Shown: positions 23,301 through 37,500, numbered from the stretch's first letter. The stretch is 64,000 nucleotides of DNA from Bispira polyomma (GCA_965649765.1 OZ287748.1:76384001-76448000); one strand, 5' to 3'. Translations and numbers: made by a program. Notes: generated from the sequence alone by a model not told the origin.

Positions 23301-26300
23301 CATATTTTCAAAATTACAAAAACTTGGTGAAACCTTAGTTAAACTACAAACTCAAACTTATTGCAAATAAATTTAAAAGTGTGTTCCTTCAAACTACTTA
23401 AAATATATTTAATATATAGATTCCCCCAACTTTTATGTCTTTGTTGCTTTCCTAATATTGAACCGATCTCCCCTACATTTTGTTTTTAGTACAGAAAAAA
23501 AATGCACAACTTTATTCAATATAGGGGGCTATTCCCAATATTTTTAAGCTGGGCTATTTACATCCAGTCGAGACATATGGGAAGCATATCATGGACGCGA
23601 CTTTTCCAATTATTTAAGCAAATGTGAGTTATCAGTAGATTTAGTTTTCAGGCTGAGTAGCCAGGGAGATTGGTGGCAAAACCTAAGCCACGCCCACCAC
23701 TTAATAGGCTTCATTCAGCAATACCCTCTCTGGCTTCTAATCAAGAGGGGCGAGTTATTGATCCATGACATGGGACTCGAGGAAAAGTCAGTTTTTTTTA
23801 AGGCATCTATATCAGTCTGTCTGATTGGAATACGGACAGAATTATATATATATATATCCTCAGCAATTTATTTGCTATATGTGGTGTATTTCTTTCTATG
23901 AGCACAGGTTGTTACATCATAAAGCTGGAAGCATAAACAAATTTAAGTATCTGCTGGTCTGTGTTATGTCCAGACATGGCGCTAATAGAGCATTATTATG
24001 ACTTCATTTTAACAGCCAACCTATATTTAAGGGTTAGCCTTAACTCAGCCTACTTTCTGATCTAATCAGGATATTAATGTGGGTAACATGCTGATAACCA
24101 ACCACCCTAATCATGTTGGAGATAATTCAACCAGAAATATGTTTTCTATATGAAGGAAGTGCCTATATTTATTTCAATGTCTTCCAATGATTGAGATTTC
24201 TTGCTTAATTAATATTAATTATATTGACACGCAAAAGTCGGTATTTCAGCACAATTTTTTAAAGAAATTATCTTCTCAGGGAAAGTAGTCACATTTATAT
24301 CAATACCATTCTAAAAGAATCATTCAAGTGCCATTATTTTCGATGTATTTATTTTAGTAACTTTAAGTATTTAGATGGTTTGGGAATGATGGAAATTGAT
24401 CTTCTTAATGAAGTGAAAGTCATTGTTTGTCATAAAAAACAAAACAATTGTGTGGTCATGTCTTGCTCACAGATCAATTCCTACAAGCCACATGGTATGC
24501 TAGTATGCTATAACATACTGGACCAGTGGTAAACATCTGCTTTAATACCAGTAGGCTTTTATCTCAAATCCCACTGCTTCACCCATAATTTCCGTCATGG
24601 TGACACCATTACCCGATACTTGCCTTAAGTCGTTGGCTTCTAGTACAAAGTACTCTTGATTTCCTTATAACCAAGTCTGTTACAAGTGACGCCAAACCCA
24701 GATAAATTTAAAATCATTTTGAGTAAGCAGTTTAATAGCTAATGTTTTGTACAACTTTCTGTATTGTAAACTATGTAAGTGAGGACTAGAAGAGATATTA
24801 AAGGCAGATTTTTTAAACTGTTGATTTTTCTATCACTCTGATATAATCTTGTGTCAATGTCCTGGGTTTACAACATAAGCTAACTCCAGAATTGAGGTTA
24901 GACATGACAAAGTCCATACCCACCCCACCCACATGTACGTCCGTTCTCTTATGCACACCCACCTCCTTGTTAGATTTTCTTCATCTTAGAAATTGTAGGA
25001 GAAACTTAAAACTAGTATCCTGCTGTTCAATCCTGTGATATGTCCTAAGCGTTAATGAATATCTTCACAGGTAACCTCCATAAAAGCTCATTATGCAAAA
25101 ATTGCATTGCTGTTCATTGTTCTTCGTGCAAGGTCATTCCTCCCTGTAAGTAGGATTATAAAATTACCGCTGAGAATTTTTTATATAAGTGACAAAAATT
25201 GTTAACAAACTTGCATTAGACGTTCTTTATTTTAGTAAACTACATGCAGTATGTAGTGTGGTAATAACCAGTATTGCATTTTGAACCTGGTGATGTTGAA
25301 ACTTTGTATGCTTTGTAACTGCTATTTGATTAAAGTAAATTTTTGTTTCTAGAAATGTCAACTGACCTGATGTGCTGACATAATTCAGTTTCGTTTCAAT
25401 CTATTTAACACATTATTTTTTTCTGGTAGAAATGTAATATGTTCAATTTCATTTATACTCAGCCTTTATTTATACAGAATTTGGTCATTTGAAATGATAT
25501 AACAAACTTTAAAAGAGCAATATGGAGCTCATTTGGCAATATTTAAATGATACTCTAGTTGGCTAGATGTCTTTAAGTAGGTCACACGTGAGACATTTTT
25601 TCTGCCGCCGACTTGCAGAACCACTTAATCTCACCGTGGTAACTCATGCTGTCAACTTAATCACTTTGAAGGATGTAAGAAATGATACTAGCAAAACTAG
25701 CAAAGAAAGTGCCTCATCAATATAAAGCACATCAAGAAATGTATTTAATGTCAAAACGTTTGTAAACCCGTTGGGGCTATCGTTATTACAACTGATGATG
25801 GACAGATGGCCGTAGAGAATGACTGGATAACAGTAACTCCAAGGTCAAATTCCTTGGCAAATGGAGTGTAGCCGAGTTCTCTATTAAGCTGTACACTCAG
25901 AACAGAGGTCTGGGCTTCTGTGTATAAGTTTTGAGAATAACCTGACAACCTATTTGTCAACTGTCAGATTTTCTGACACTTACAAGTGGTTGGCCTTGCT
26001 TAGGAGAATGGTCTTTGAGGCTTAGCAGAGGTAATATGTAAACTAATCCCAAAGAATGTACTTAGATGAAGAACAAGACACTTAAGTATCCCCACATATA
26101 GATAGTGTAATATTATGATGATTTATCTAGAATAGTCAGCTTTTTGGCAACATTTAAATTGATTAATTAAACTCTGTCTCTTGTACTTAATGAACTAATT
26201 TTCACACCCACAATAAAATGGAGCAGTAACAAATTAAAATCGAATAAATAGCTTGTAGAAGGTTTACAGGGCAACTATCTTCTGGTAATATCCTATTTTT

Positions 26301-29300
26301 ACAACACAAGTATACAAAGCTCCATTTTACACTTAATGTTCATATATTCATTTCTTGAAATATGGAAAATTGATTATATTACTTTATTACCTCAAGCTGC
26401 CATGCATGCTTTAGAATACAATCCCTTCTCTAGTTAAGGTGGTCTTAAACCGCCATGAATCTGTATTTTATTAGGTTGTCAAGTTTACCTTAACTAAACT
26501 ATATTATTAGTAATGCTAAGCTTACTTTATTTGGTATCTTAGTTAATGTGTGCAATTAACCATTTTATTATGTATTTACTTTTGTGTGTTTTGTATGTAC
26601 TTCTGTTTTTCTATTGGTTTGTGTCGCTGGGACGAAGGAATGAATTACGTCAATGTGGTGACTCACACATAATTTTTGTTTGAGGTAAGAATGCGGTAAA
26701 CTCTAGGTGTATTTGCAAACAAAAATTCCTGTTGTCATAAAGCTTAGGTCAGTTGAAACATTTATTGCTGCTAAAACACGCTCAAAGCAGTTTCTTTGTC
26801 TAAAAGGAGTTGTTATGCTCTACAAAAACTGTGCCACAAAAGGTGTTTCAAGAAAATTTAGCCTTGCAAAACAGATAGATTAATGACATTAAAATGCAAT
26901 ATATCACCCCCCCCCCCACCCCCACAACCCCCACCCCCCAAAAAAAACAAAAAAAAACATGATTTAGAAACCGTACGCACAGTTTCAAAACAAAAGCAGT
27001 TCAACCAGTACAGTGATTATTCTATACTTTTTTGGGAAGGGAGCTAAAATAAGATTCTTAATGTGCCACAGGTTTCAAAGCAAATGCATTAATGAATGGA
27101 CTCATTACTTGTGTCTGGTGTATTTAATGCATTTCCTCTCACAAAATCCTGTGAATAGTTGTCACAGCTTGTCCATAAAAGCTGAACTGAAGCGGGGTGG
27201 GACTGTACTTTGCAAACAATATGCTCTTTTATGCATGATATTTCCGGGTTTTAAAAACAAGGACCTTTGCACAAAGGTAAGGTCAAATGTGTTTAGGACA
27301 TAACAAAGCAAAAATATACTGTGTCCTTTGGGGTATTCCAATTAATTAGTATAAATAGAACCCAGTAAAATGTCAATTTGTTTTGTGTGAAACAGGATTT
27401 GAAAGGGCTAAAAGTAAGGAGCTATTCAAATAGAAAGTACTTTGGGCTAAAACCATGCAGTTTATTAATTGGTCTGGAAATTTTGTGACTGAATTCATAA
27501 CTTATGTTTCCTGCTAACAAGGGATCTAACTCTGACATTGTTATGGGGCAATGATCTTCAATAATGAGATAGAATATTCATATGCAGACGAAGCATCCTT
27601 CTCAATATTAAAGTATTTTCCCAGGACTAAACAATAACTCATGAACCAATTTACAAGAAATTTTGTCAAGGGCTGGGCCACGTAAGGATCCAGTAAATGT
27701 TAGCCAAAGTAGAAGGGTGAATTCAGGAATTGTTGTAATGGGGGTATTGGTAAGCACGCTTTTTCTAATATACATAAACGTCATTGCTGGTAGTGAAAAC
27801 TAGTTGTGAACTTTGGTTAAGAAAGCATGCTTTGATTTGTTATGTCTATTTGTGATAATGTAATAAAGAATCACTATGTAGTAAATAAAAATATAACAAC
27901 ATAGGCCATTCGGTAGAGTGCATACCTCATGTCTCATGTCAAAAATGATTCTGTCTGCTCAATTCATCAACCAAAAGTGGGCAAATACACAATGTACTTT
28001 TACAGAGGTCCAAAGCTTGAAAGTAATATTTTCATCTCTCCCATGGCCTTACACATGTTTTATTTCCCCGTAAGTCATTTTTAAATTGCATATATGACAC
28101 CACGTATATGCAGGTGATGTGGTTCTATATGGATTGTCATTAAAGTTGTTGATGTTCAGAACAAGTGCTAGTAGAAGCATCAACCCAATTAAACTGCTGT
28201 AATCAGAATTGGATGTCATTTTATAATCTTAAGCTCAAAAAACATTACTCGCATTAAGGAATATGTTAGAGCATTTGATACACATTCTCCGTTTCATAAT
28301 CTTAAGCTCAAAAAACATTTTTCGAATTAAGGAATATATCAGAGCATTTGATACACATTCTCTGGCTAACCCTAATGCCAAACAAAAGTGAAACCAGCAG
28401 CAATTTAAGATTTCCTCATTCTGTTCTTGGACTATTTGCTAATGTTTAATATTTTGCAAATATATTTGTTACTATACTTCTAATTTGTAACTAACTATAG
28501 TAAGTTTGTTGCTACCCATTATTGTTTGTCTTCTTGGTAATGACCTTTATTTCTGTTTTTGAGAATTTTGATGTATAATTTTTTATTTAGATGATGAGCC
28601 TATGAATCCACTAGTGGAGAGATTGAGTGCTTGGTTATAAGAGTGATTGACTCATCGTTCATATGACCTGCAGATAATTAGCTCAGTCAAAAAGGTGACT
28701 TTTGCCTTTGTCCCCTGATTGGTTTGTCTGTCACTATGTTTACATATAAACTATCGAATTATGTGAAATTTGGTGGAGGTGTGGGGTATGCGCCAAAGAT
28801 AAATATGTTATGGATAGAATCCATGGATCGGATTCAGGTATAAATCTTCTTAATAATACGGTATGCTGGATGTTATTTATTTATTTTCAGGATAAATATC
28901 AAATTAAAAAGCTTTTGTGTTTAGGTAAGCTAAATAAGTCTTTACATATATATTCTAGTGGCATATATTTTCCTGAAGAACTAAAAGATCCATATATAAC
29001 CCTGCTGTGATAGTACTGTATATATTTTTTGGCAGTAGATAATATGTTCTCATAATAAACTAGTGTAATAACAGAGAAGGGTGTGGGTGCGAGACAACAA
29101 AGCTATATAAAACCTATTATCCTATGTATCAATCCTTTTATTGTTAATATTTGTTACTTTGGCCTTTGTACACTAAGGACCAAAATTTTTGAGCTGGTTT
29201 TAAAAACACACAAGCATGTGTAAAAACTATGATCAGGAGATATTAGTTTAATTTTAATTCCCCATGTGTAGAATTTAGTAGGAAGCGCCAAAGCCCGGGC

Positions 29301-31293
29301 GGGTTTAGTTCTTGGGGTACCAGACTAAACTTAACTTGACCTAGATTGTGGCTAGTATAAAAGATGGCTCATTTCAGACAGCTCATTTCAAATTCTCTTG
29401 CCTTTCTTACTTTTGTTTATGAAGGAACAACTTAGAAACATGGCGTGGTCGTTGAAATTTTGTTTGTTGTTAAAACTCGCATATTGCACTGTTTTAGTGT
29501 TTTTTTTAATACCATTGCTTTATTTCAGCATTAGTTAAAAATAACACGTCTTATACAGTTGTTTTAAATGTATGGAAAAGCATAAAAGGCCAGTCAGGAA
29601 ATATTGTGTATATTTGAGCAGAAGAGACATAGAAGAGGGATCCGCTGTCATTGCTGGCCCCAGTGTTACAAGTGTCTGGTCTCCAGTTCTTGATGGTCTG
29701 GGTTTCGGGACAAATACTACTGCAACTGCAATCTATGTTCCAGATGATGGAAAAAAAAGATCAGGTGCTTCTCACGGAGATCTTGATGGCTAAAGATCTT
29801 ACCAAAAATCAGGCGAGTAGTAGTTCTGTTTCCGAAACCAGTAATGATAACGTGGTAACAGTAAGTATGATCCCTAGCGTTGAGTTTTTAGACAAAATTC
29901 GGCCAATCAGAGCCAAGTAGAGAAGAGGCTCGTTAAGCTAAATAACCTGACCAAAGATAAAAAAAATCACGGAGAGGGCCCAATGTATTGGTAAGAAAAT
30001 TGGTCGAATGGTCCCAAAACCATGTTCTATTCGTCAGCCTCAAAACTTGCCAAAGTTATGACAATTTGTCCTTAAACAAATGGGTGTCCGGATTCACCAG
30101 AATAATTTAAGATGAAAAATCACAGGCGGTCAGAGAAGTAATGCTCGAGTACATGGCGAATCTGATGGAATACTACAAGGCATGTCATGCTGTCGTTTTA
30201 TCAACAATGGAAATGGACGAGTTACAATGAACGGATGTGGACAAAATAGACCGGTTAAGATGGGCCCATGCCAAAAGGCACATAGAAAATAATGGCAGCT
30301 CTCAGGGCATAGGTGCACAGGGCGGTAGTAAAACAAACATCAATTCCAAGCAGAATTCTGCTACTTTTACGTTCTTTCAAGAAAGAACTTGCAAGCACAA
30401 CCTGCACAATTTGACTGTAGCTATTCATAGAAGTTGTAGCCCCTGTGATGGCAGACATACTTGTAAGGGCTTCATTTATCTCCACTGATAAATAAGCTTT
30501 TCAGCTCAACCACAAAAAAGAATAAACATGAGTTGTTAGAGAAAGGAAAAATGGATAAAATTCAGGACAGCATAGGTTGTAAAATCTGGAATAAGAATTT
30601 GGACAATCCGGGTTATGATATATTGGAAATGCATTAAAAACTATGTGTGATGGCAGACATAATTATAATGACCTCATAATACCAGTAAATTCACAGCTAA
30701 ATGCTAATAGGTGGGAACATTATCTCGACAAATATTAGGATTGACAATTGCCTCTTTTGATTAGGTATGTGTACTTGAAGTGAACCTTGAGAATATCAGC
30801 CAAACAGGTTGGGAAATCACAAATCGGCTACAGAATTTCCGGATCACGTAGATTTCTATTTAAGAGAGGAATGTTGCCATAGAGCAATGCTCGGACTGTT
30901 TAAAAACCCTCAAATTAAAAATCTTCATTTTTCACCAATGATGACACAAAATAAATCTAGCTCAAGTAACAGGCAGGTCATCGTTGATCTGAGTTGGCCA
31001 AAAGGCGAATCAGTTAATGCTGGTGCTTCACCCACCTGATACCTGGGCTCTGAACTTTTACTGTCCTATCCTTCCATTGACAACGTAACTAATGAAGTTC
31101 TAAAACTGGGAAAAGGTTGTAGAATATTTCAAATTGACGTAAGCACGGCATTCCGCCACTTACCCATTGGCCTCAAATAGGGTTATTATTACATAGATAA
31201 ATCCCTGCCATTCGGATATCAGAATGGCTCCACTATTTTTTGACGTCTTTTGGATGCAGTTAGGTTCATAATGTACGCTGAGGGTCTTAACGT

Positions 31294-32076
31294 TGTTACA
31301 TATAAGGACATTGTGGTATGTTAAAGCACTCTGCTAGAGTGATCTATTTATAGATTTGGGGAAACTCTTAAGCTTCTAGAGGCTGTTTCTATTTTGTTTC
31401 TGTTGTTATTGAAGCTGTTCTTATTTGTTTACATCTCAATCTGGAACATTCTAGCAATTGTTCACATATTCTAGCAACCTTCTCTAGCGGTGGTATATAT
31501 AAGGATTGACAGCCTGGCCACAGACCAGAGATTATTGAGTTGGTGTGCTATATGAACTGCTATACTGTGAAACATTTTATTTCTTTTCCTGTGGATATAA
31601 ACTGATTACTACATATGTTTTTGTGGTGAACTCATTGGAGTGAACTAGATAAAAGTTGTGGATCTACCAGAGATTGGATTTACTGCATATTGGATATTGT
31701 TTGCATCCTGGACTGGATAGCTTAGTTGTGCAGACTCTCTGGATATATACATTTTGTGTTTGTGGACACCGAACGGATAACAGGATACAGGCATTGTGTG
31801 GACACCAAGTGGATTTCAAGACAGATTGCTGGATACAGTGGACAAACTTGTTTAATTGTTATTTATGTGGACAGGACTGTGGTCAGGTCAGATTGGTTTC
31901 ATTATTGTATTATTGTATGAACCATTAAGAGTATCTCGGTTGACTGTGATTCTGTAATTCTGTAATTGTTATTTTATTTGTTAAATAAATTTGTTAAGTG
32001 AAACTTTTTGTCTTTTCCTGTTACAACCTCAAAGCAACCGGTAATTGCTACCACGCTTGCTCCCGTGACCGTAACA
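31294..32076 (+). mobile_element. Solo LTR (783 bp, Gypsy-like) nested in E2 RT
   Basis: TGTTAC...GTAACA termini, 4-bp TSD ACGT, TATA-like tatatataa (~31495), AATAAA (~31984). Excision restores the RT sequence EGLNV-HNYIDDF. Confidence 0.9.
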
Positions 32077-32224
32077 ACGTCCATAATTATATAGATGATT
32101 TTGTATGTGTTTCATTACCAAGCCAAATTAATATGAGACTTATAAGAAACTGCAAGCTATTTTACCCTAATTGGGTCTAACAGTAAGTAAAAAAATAAAA
32201 AAAAAATAGTGGCTCCTAGTACAG

Positions 32225-32369
32225 CTTTTTGAATTTGAATTGGGATATTAAACGTCCACTCTAGTATCTGTTTAGGTTATATTGAGATAGGTAGTTGGAA
32301 ACGCTGGAAGAAACTTTGCATACAGTTGATCAAGGTTCTGCACTGAAACCAGAGGCCCATAGTAAGAAA
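32225..32369 (-). mobile_element. 5'-truncated family-A SINE nested in E2
   Basis: Reverse complement of the SINE 3' half (2360-2490). TSD tcctagtacag/tcccagtacag; removal restores APSTEVVCL. Confidence 0.9.
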
Positions 32370-33606
32370 TCCCAGTACAGAGGTTGTTTGCCTAGAGATA
32401 ACACCATTGAATGTACCACCTCAATTCCGGATAAAATATTAAAATATATCAAGGATACATGTACTGCATGGAAATCCCAAAATTGTAGCGATAAAAGAGA
32501 GTTACAATCTCTTCTGGGTTTGCTGTTGCATGTTGCCAATTGCATTAAGTATATATTAAGCTATTAAGCTAATAAAAGATAACCACAGCAAAAATAAATT
32601 TCCTATTACTCCTGAATTTAGATGTGACCTAAACTGGTTTGCAACATTTATGGAGTAATCTAATCTAATCACAAACCGGTTAATGCTCAGATAGAATTAG
32701 ATGCCTGTTTAACCGGAATTGGGGTTTTTATAAGAATAAAGTCTATAAACTTGCAGCACCGGCTGAAAAAAAAGAAGACAATATTGCATCATTATAAATG
32801 ATAAATATACTGGTCGCATTAAAACTGTCCACGTGAAACATATATATGTGGGCAAGTCGGTTCGACATAGAAATAAGAGTTATACATATACTTAAGTCTA
32901 ACAATAATGTGGCTGATTTGCTGTCTCGTTGGGACAAAAATTACGAGCAGCTTTCGCAAAAATAGGCGAGGTCTGTAACATGGCTTCCCACTGATGAATC
33001 GCTTCTAGAAGTAGACAGTAGTATATAAGTTACAGGTATATATAATTTCATGTTATAAAAATATATCCAATGGATAAACTGCTGACCAGGATGGCTGGCC
33101 AGAGGTTACATTCTGCTTTCGCTTCCTCTACTTCAAAGGCTTATGAGAGTATGTTTAGGCTTTTCCTAGCTTTTGGGATCTTTATGAACTGGCCCCCACT
33201 CAGGTAATCGTTTTTTAATATTCTGTCATATCTTAAGTTTCTCAGTTTCAATACTGTATCTGCCTTTCAAGTTGCCAACTATCTCTCAGCAGCTAAAGCA
33301 AAATATATCTTGTTTCATATTAACTTTGATGTATTTTTTGACCCTGGAATATCATACTATACTAGGGCATTATTGATTAATAGACCCCTTCAAGTTAAGC
33401 TTAAATGTCTTTTTAATATACCACTTCTCACTGTTTTGGTGGAGAAAAGTGTAATTGTACCTATATGGGACAAGTGTTTAGGGGAGTGTACCTTACAAGT
33501 TTCAGTTTTCTGAGGCTTTCTAACTTGTGCCCCCATTTCATTGCTACTTTTTCACCTCTAAAGCATCTAGCCAGGGGGATGTACTGTTCAAACCTGATTA
33601 TGCGGT

Positions 33607-33838
33607 ACAGAGGGGGGGACAGCAATTCATGGTGGACAGCATTTCGCCATTAATATGGTTATTACACCTAATCACTGTATAATATTTATTTTGAAGGACT
33701 TATTTTCGCATTATAATATTCATATAACATACACATGCCTACACCACAAATATATAGAATACTGTCTGCCTAAATTTATAGTCGAAAACAATGCAAACCA
33801 AAAATGCTGTGCAACTTATTACTTTGCCGGCTGTCCAG
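33607..33838. mobile_element. Truncated Tc1/mariner-like MITE in the E2 YR ORF
   Basis: TA|CAGAGGGGGGGACAGC left end, remnant ggctgtcc at the right end. YR codons between DVLFKPDYAV and CPVLALKNLL are missing. Confidence 0.6.
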
Positions 33839-34290
33839 TACTCGCTTTGAAAAATTTGCTGGATTTCACCCCTCTGGCTCAAACTTGCTTTGTTTCAATA
33901 CAAATTGTTGCCTTCTTGGCTCCTTCTGACTGACACACAGGTCACACGCCATTTTTAAAATGTGTTACAAATGCTTGGTTTGAAAAATTAAAATCTCACT
34001 TTCCATGCTTTCCGACGTTCCGGTGCCACATTTACATTTAATAATAATGTGTGCATCCAGGACATTCAACTTCATGGCACCTGGACGTCAGATTGAATGT
34101 GGTGTTATATAACGGATTCGGCCCAAGCAGGATCACAGGTAGCCGAGGCTTTTGCTCTAGCTTTACAAAATACCCTTAATGTGTCTGGGTTTGGTGGTCT
34201 GTCACATCTAATGTGTCAGATTTCAAGATTATATACAAATATTAATGTCTTTAAAAATCAAAACCTATAGTAAAAATATATTACTGTACT

Positions 34291-34500
34291 GGGAATAAGG
34301 TCACCTTACACCAGTCAGTACAAAATGTACTCATTTATCTCTATCTTGACTTAACATATAAGCTTGAAAAGTTAACTGAAGTTAAGTCAACCTTAAAAAA
34401 ATCTAGTTTTGGTTCACTTACCTCCAAATTTTGTAACCTTAAACTTAATTTAAGTCAATCTTAACTATTTATCAAACTCAATTTAGGGTGACCTTATGCC
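34291..34500 (+). other. Structured 3' non-coding module of E2
   Basis: Closing stem ggaataaggtcacctta / tagggtgaccttatgcc; hairpins agtaca-aaa-tgtact (34317-34331) and ttgacttaac...gttaagtcaa (34346-34390). Confidence 0.7.
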
Positions 34501-37500
34501 TTCAACTCAGAACTGTATATACAAACTGGTTGTCTGAACATGTAGTACCTAAGAAAATTATTATTCCGCAATCTTTTCGCTGTGTCATATAAATGCAAAT
34601 ACTTCTAAATTACTCTGCTACCCAGAGGAACTGTGTGTGTCAGTACTTTTATTTTTTCATTTCAGGTCAAACTTTCTAGTGATAACTGAACTTATTTTTA
34701 TAACTTATTTAATGTCTTAAATGGGATTCCTTTTAGGGAAACTATAGCAACACAAAATGTCAAATCATTCCACCCATTGTGGGTTTTCACTATAAAAGAA
34801 ATGTGGAAGACAAATAGATCTTTCTTTAGACCTCTGTCTGGAAGTTAGCCCTCTAGTGTGATGGGTTTCTATTGCCGTTTATAGGCAAAATACCTTTGTA
34901 CACTTTTTATTAGCAACATTCAAAGGCCGTGAAATGTGTTTGATGTCACAATTAACCCAAATATATTTTGAAAGTTAACATTTTTATTGGGCTCTGCAGC
35001 TAAGATTGAACCACAAGTATGAAATGGCGATGTGGCTGTAAGCGATTATATAATAGTTAAATATAAATAAGCTCCCTTATAAATATTTGAACTGATGGTA
35101 AACCTAAAATAACAACTAAGATGTAATAACGGAGATATAGTGCTTCCAAGATTGTAAGCAAAATTAGCAAAATTATGTAGCGGTAAAATGTAGCGTGTAA
35201 ATATCATTTAGTGAATATTTGTAGCAAACTTCCTCTAGAATATTGTTAATTATATTTAGTACATTTTTCAACTGTCAAAAGTAAAATTAACTTTACGTTC
35301 TACGAAGTTTAAATAACTTTTTAAAGAGTATTTTTCAAGTTATAGAGTGTGAAAATCTTTTCAAGGACACGGTCATAACTTCAAAGTCAGAGGTCAAATT
35401 GAGGTCAGACAATGATGCTTCACATCTGTACTCATAAATGTGTATCAATACTTCCTGTAGAAAGTGTGGTCGTGAGATCTAGTAATGCCAAGCAACACAC
35501 TCACTAGCCTGATAGACCAATAAATGGGACAACTATACTTGAATAGTCAATCTACATCCGTCCACCGATTTTAATTTTTTTTTTTAAATGTTTATGTTTG
35601 TCAGGCTTTAGAATTCCTTGTATGAAGATTAGGTGCTATAAAAGTTCGACTAGATTAGATTAGTTATGGCTGCAGGATAAAAATTGGATATCTGCACCCT
35701 CATGTGCAAGTACAATTGTTATCTTCACCAATCTTCAATAACCTTAAGTTATTACCTCAACCTTAATATTACAATGTAAAAAAATTATTGCTTTGTCAAT
35801 GCATCATATTTACATATATCTAATTGCAAATCAGAGAATAATTTCGGCATATAGTGATAATTTCATGGAAAAAATGCACAATTTCAAAATTAGATTTGGT
35901 CTTCTTTATAATCTTCCATAATCTTTTATATCTGTAGAGCAAGGAAAATTTGCTGTCTTTGTTAAATCCGTGAGAGTAACTGATTACCCCCCCCCCCCTA
36001 CCCCCCCCCCCCCCCCCTTAACAGTCAGCGCCTGAAATCCCATGCACTGTGGTTTGCAGTGACATTTAAATTCACCACAGGAAATAACTGTTAAAACTTA
36101 AATAAAATACACCATATATTGGGTGGCTTAACAGCAACATAGCTGTGCTATAAAAAGAGATCATCTAGTGTTCCATCGCCCTTTCCACTGCTTTATCTAC
36201 TAAGTACTGCCCGTATATGACGCTTATTATGGATCCATCATTATTTGAAATGTAAGGTGTGATGCCAGTGTTAATAAAATATATTAAGCCTTATGCTTGT
36301 GCAGTTGTTTTATGGAAGTAAGCATTCTAAACAAAAAATGACGAATTATCTATTTACTCTTATTGATATTGCTTCTTTATGGTTTGACTTCAGAATTCAT
36401 GACAACTCATGCTGTCAGCTTAACCACTTTGAAGCATGTTTACTTAAAGGTAGAAATCAAAACAATTGGTTAACATAAGGCAATTCTCTTTTCCAATAAT
36501 AACCAATATACAAATTTGTACATTTGCTCTGTCTGTTTGCATATTGTTCTATACTTGTAGGTTGTTTACATAGTTACAAGGTTTTGTTTACAAATCGTGA
36601 GTATCCTATCAGATCCTGGTAACAGTTGGAAATGATATGTCCACCCAAAACAGCAAGAATACTGTACCTTATCAATATAAAGCACACCAAGGAAGGTATT
36701 TAATGTCAAAAAGTTTTTGTAAACCCGTTGGGGCTATCGTTATTACAACTGATGATGAACAGATGGTTAAGTTTTTAAGATTACATTAAATAAACCATAT
36801 ACATGTAATCAGTGATGCTAAGCCTATCATATTTAGCATCTTAATTAATGCATGCAATTAACTATTGTAATATGTATTTAGGTTTTAATGTTTTGTATTT
36901 ACTTCTGTCTTTCTAATGTTTTGTGTTGGTGGGACGAGGGAATGATTAATGAAGTAATGATAGCTGTACAAACGTAAATTGTCACAGTTTGACATTATGT
37001 CAATGTAGGAACTCACACATAATTTTTGTTTGAGTTAAGCATGAGTTGAAGCTCTAGGTGTTTTTGCAGACTAGTATGCTTGTTGTCATGAAGCTCAGGT
37101 CAGTTTAAGTATTTATTTCTGCAGGAAAGTAAAAATGTGGACCCTTCTTGCAACACAGTTTCTTTGTCTGAGAGAAGTTCTGATGGTCTATTAAACTATG
37201 TCACAAAAGGTGTTTTAAGAAAAACTACCTTTGTCAAAACAGATTGATTTGTGACATTAAAATGCAGTAGATCAAACCCCCCAAAAGAGTTAAGATTTAG
37301 AAACCTTAAACACAGTTTCAAAACAAAAGAAGTTCGACCAGTACAGCTATTATTCTTTACTTTTTTTGAAAGGGAGCTCAAATTAGATTCTTAATGTGCC
37401 ACAGCTTTCAAAACAAATGCATTAATTAATGGACTCATGAAAATGACTTGTGTCTTGTGTATTTAATGCATTTCCTCTCACAAAAACCTGTGAACAGTTC

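Larger units (their letters stand above)
29269..34635 (+). mobile_element. YR retrotransposon E2, degenerate, same lineage as E1, both ends apparently present; inserted in unit U1
   Basis: gag (CFKCMEKHKRPV..YC), RT (NHKSATEFP, VIVDLSWP, NYIDD ~32085), RNase H, YR (FLRLSNLCPH, FHAFRRSGAT ~33997-34030, HGTW). Flanks rejoin to match the empty sites at ~49300-49350 and ~57730-57780. Confidence 0.9.

Noticed and set aside
19430-25600. Short ORFs and splice-like signals between E1 and the array
   Set aside because: No coherent exon chain or recognisable protein; consistent with intergenic or intronic DNA containing old repeats.
31656-31928. ORFs within the E2 interruption
   Set aside because: They lie inside the solo LTR and reflect its tgga-rich low-complexity sequence.
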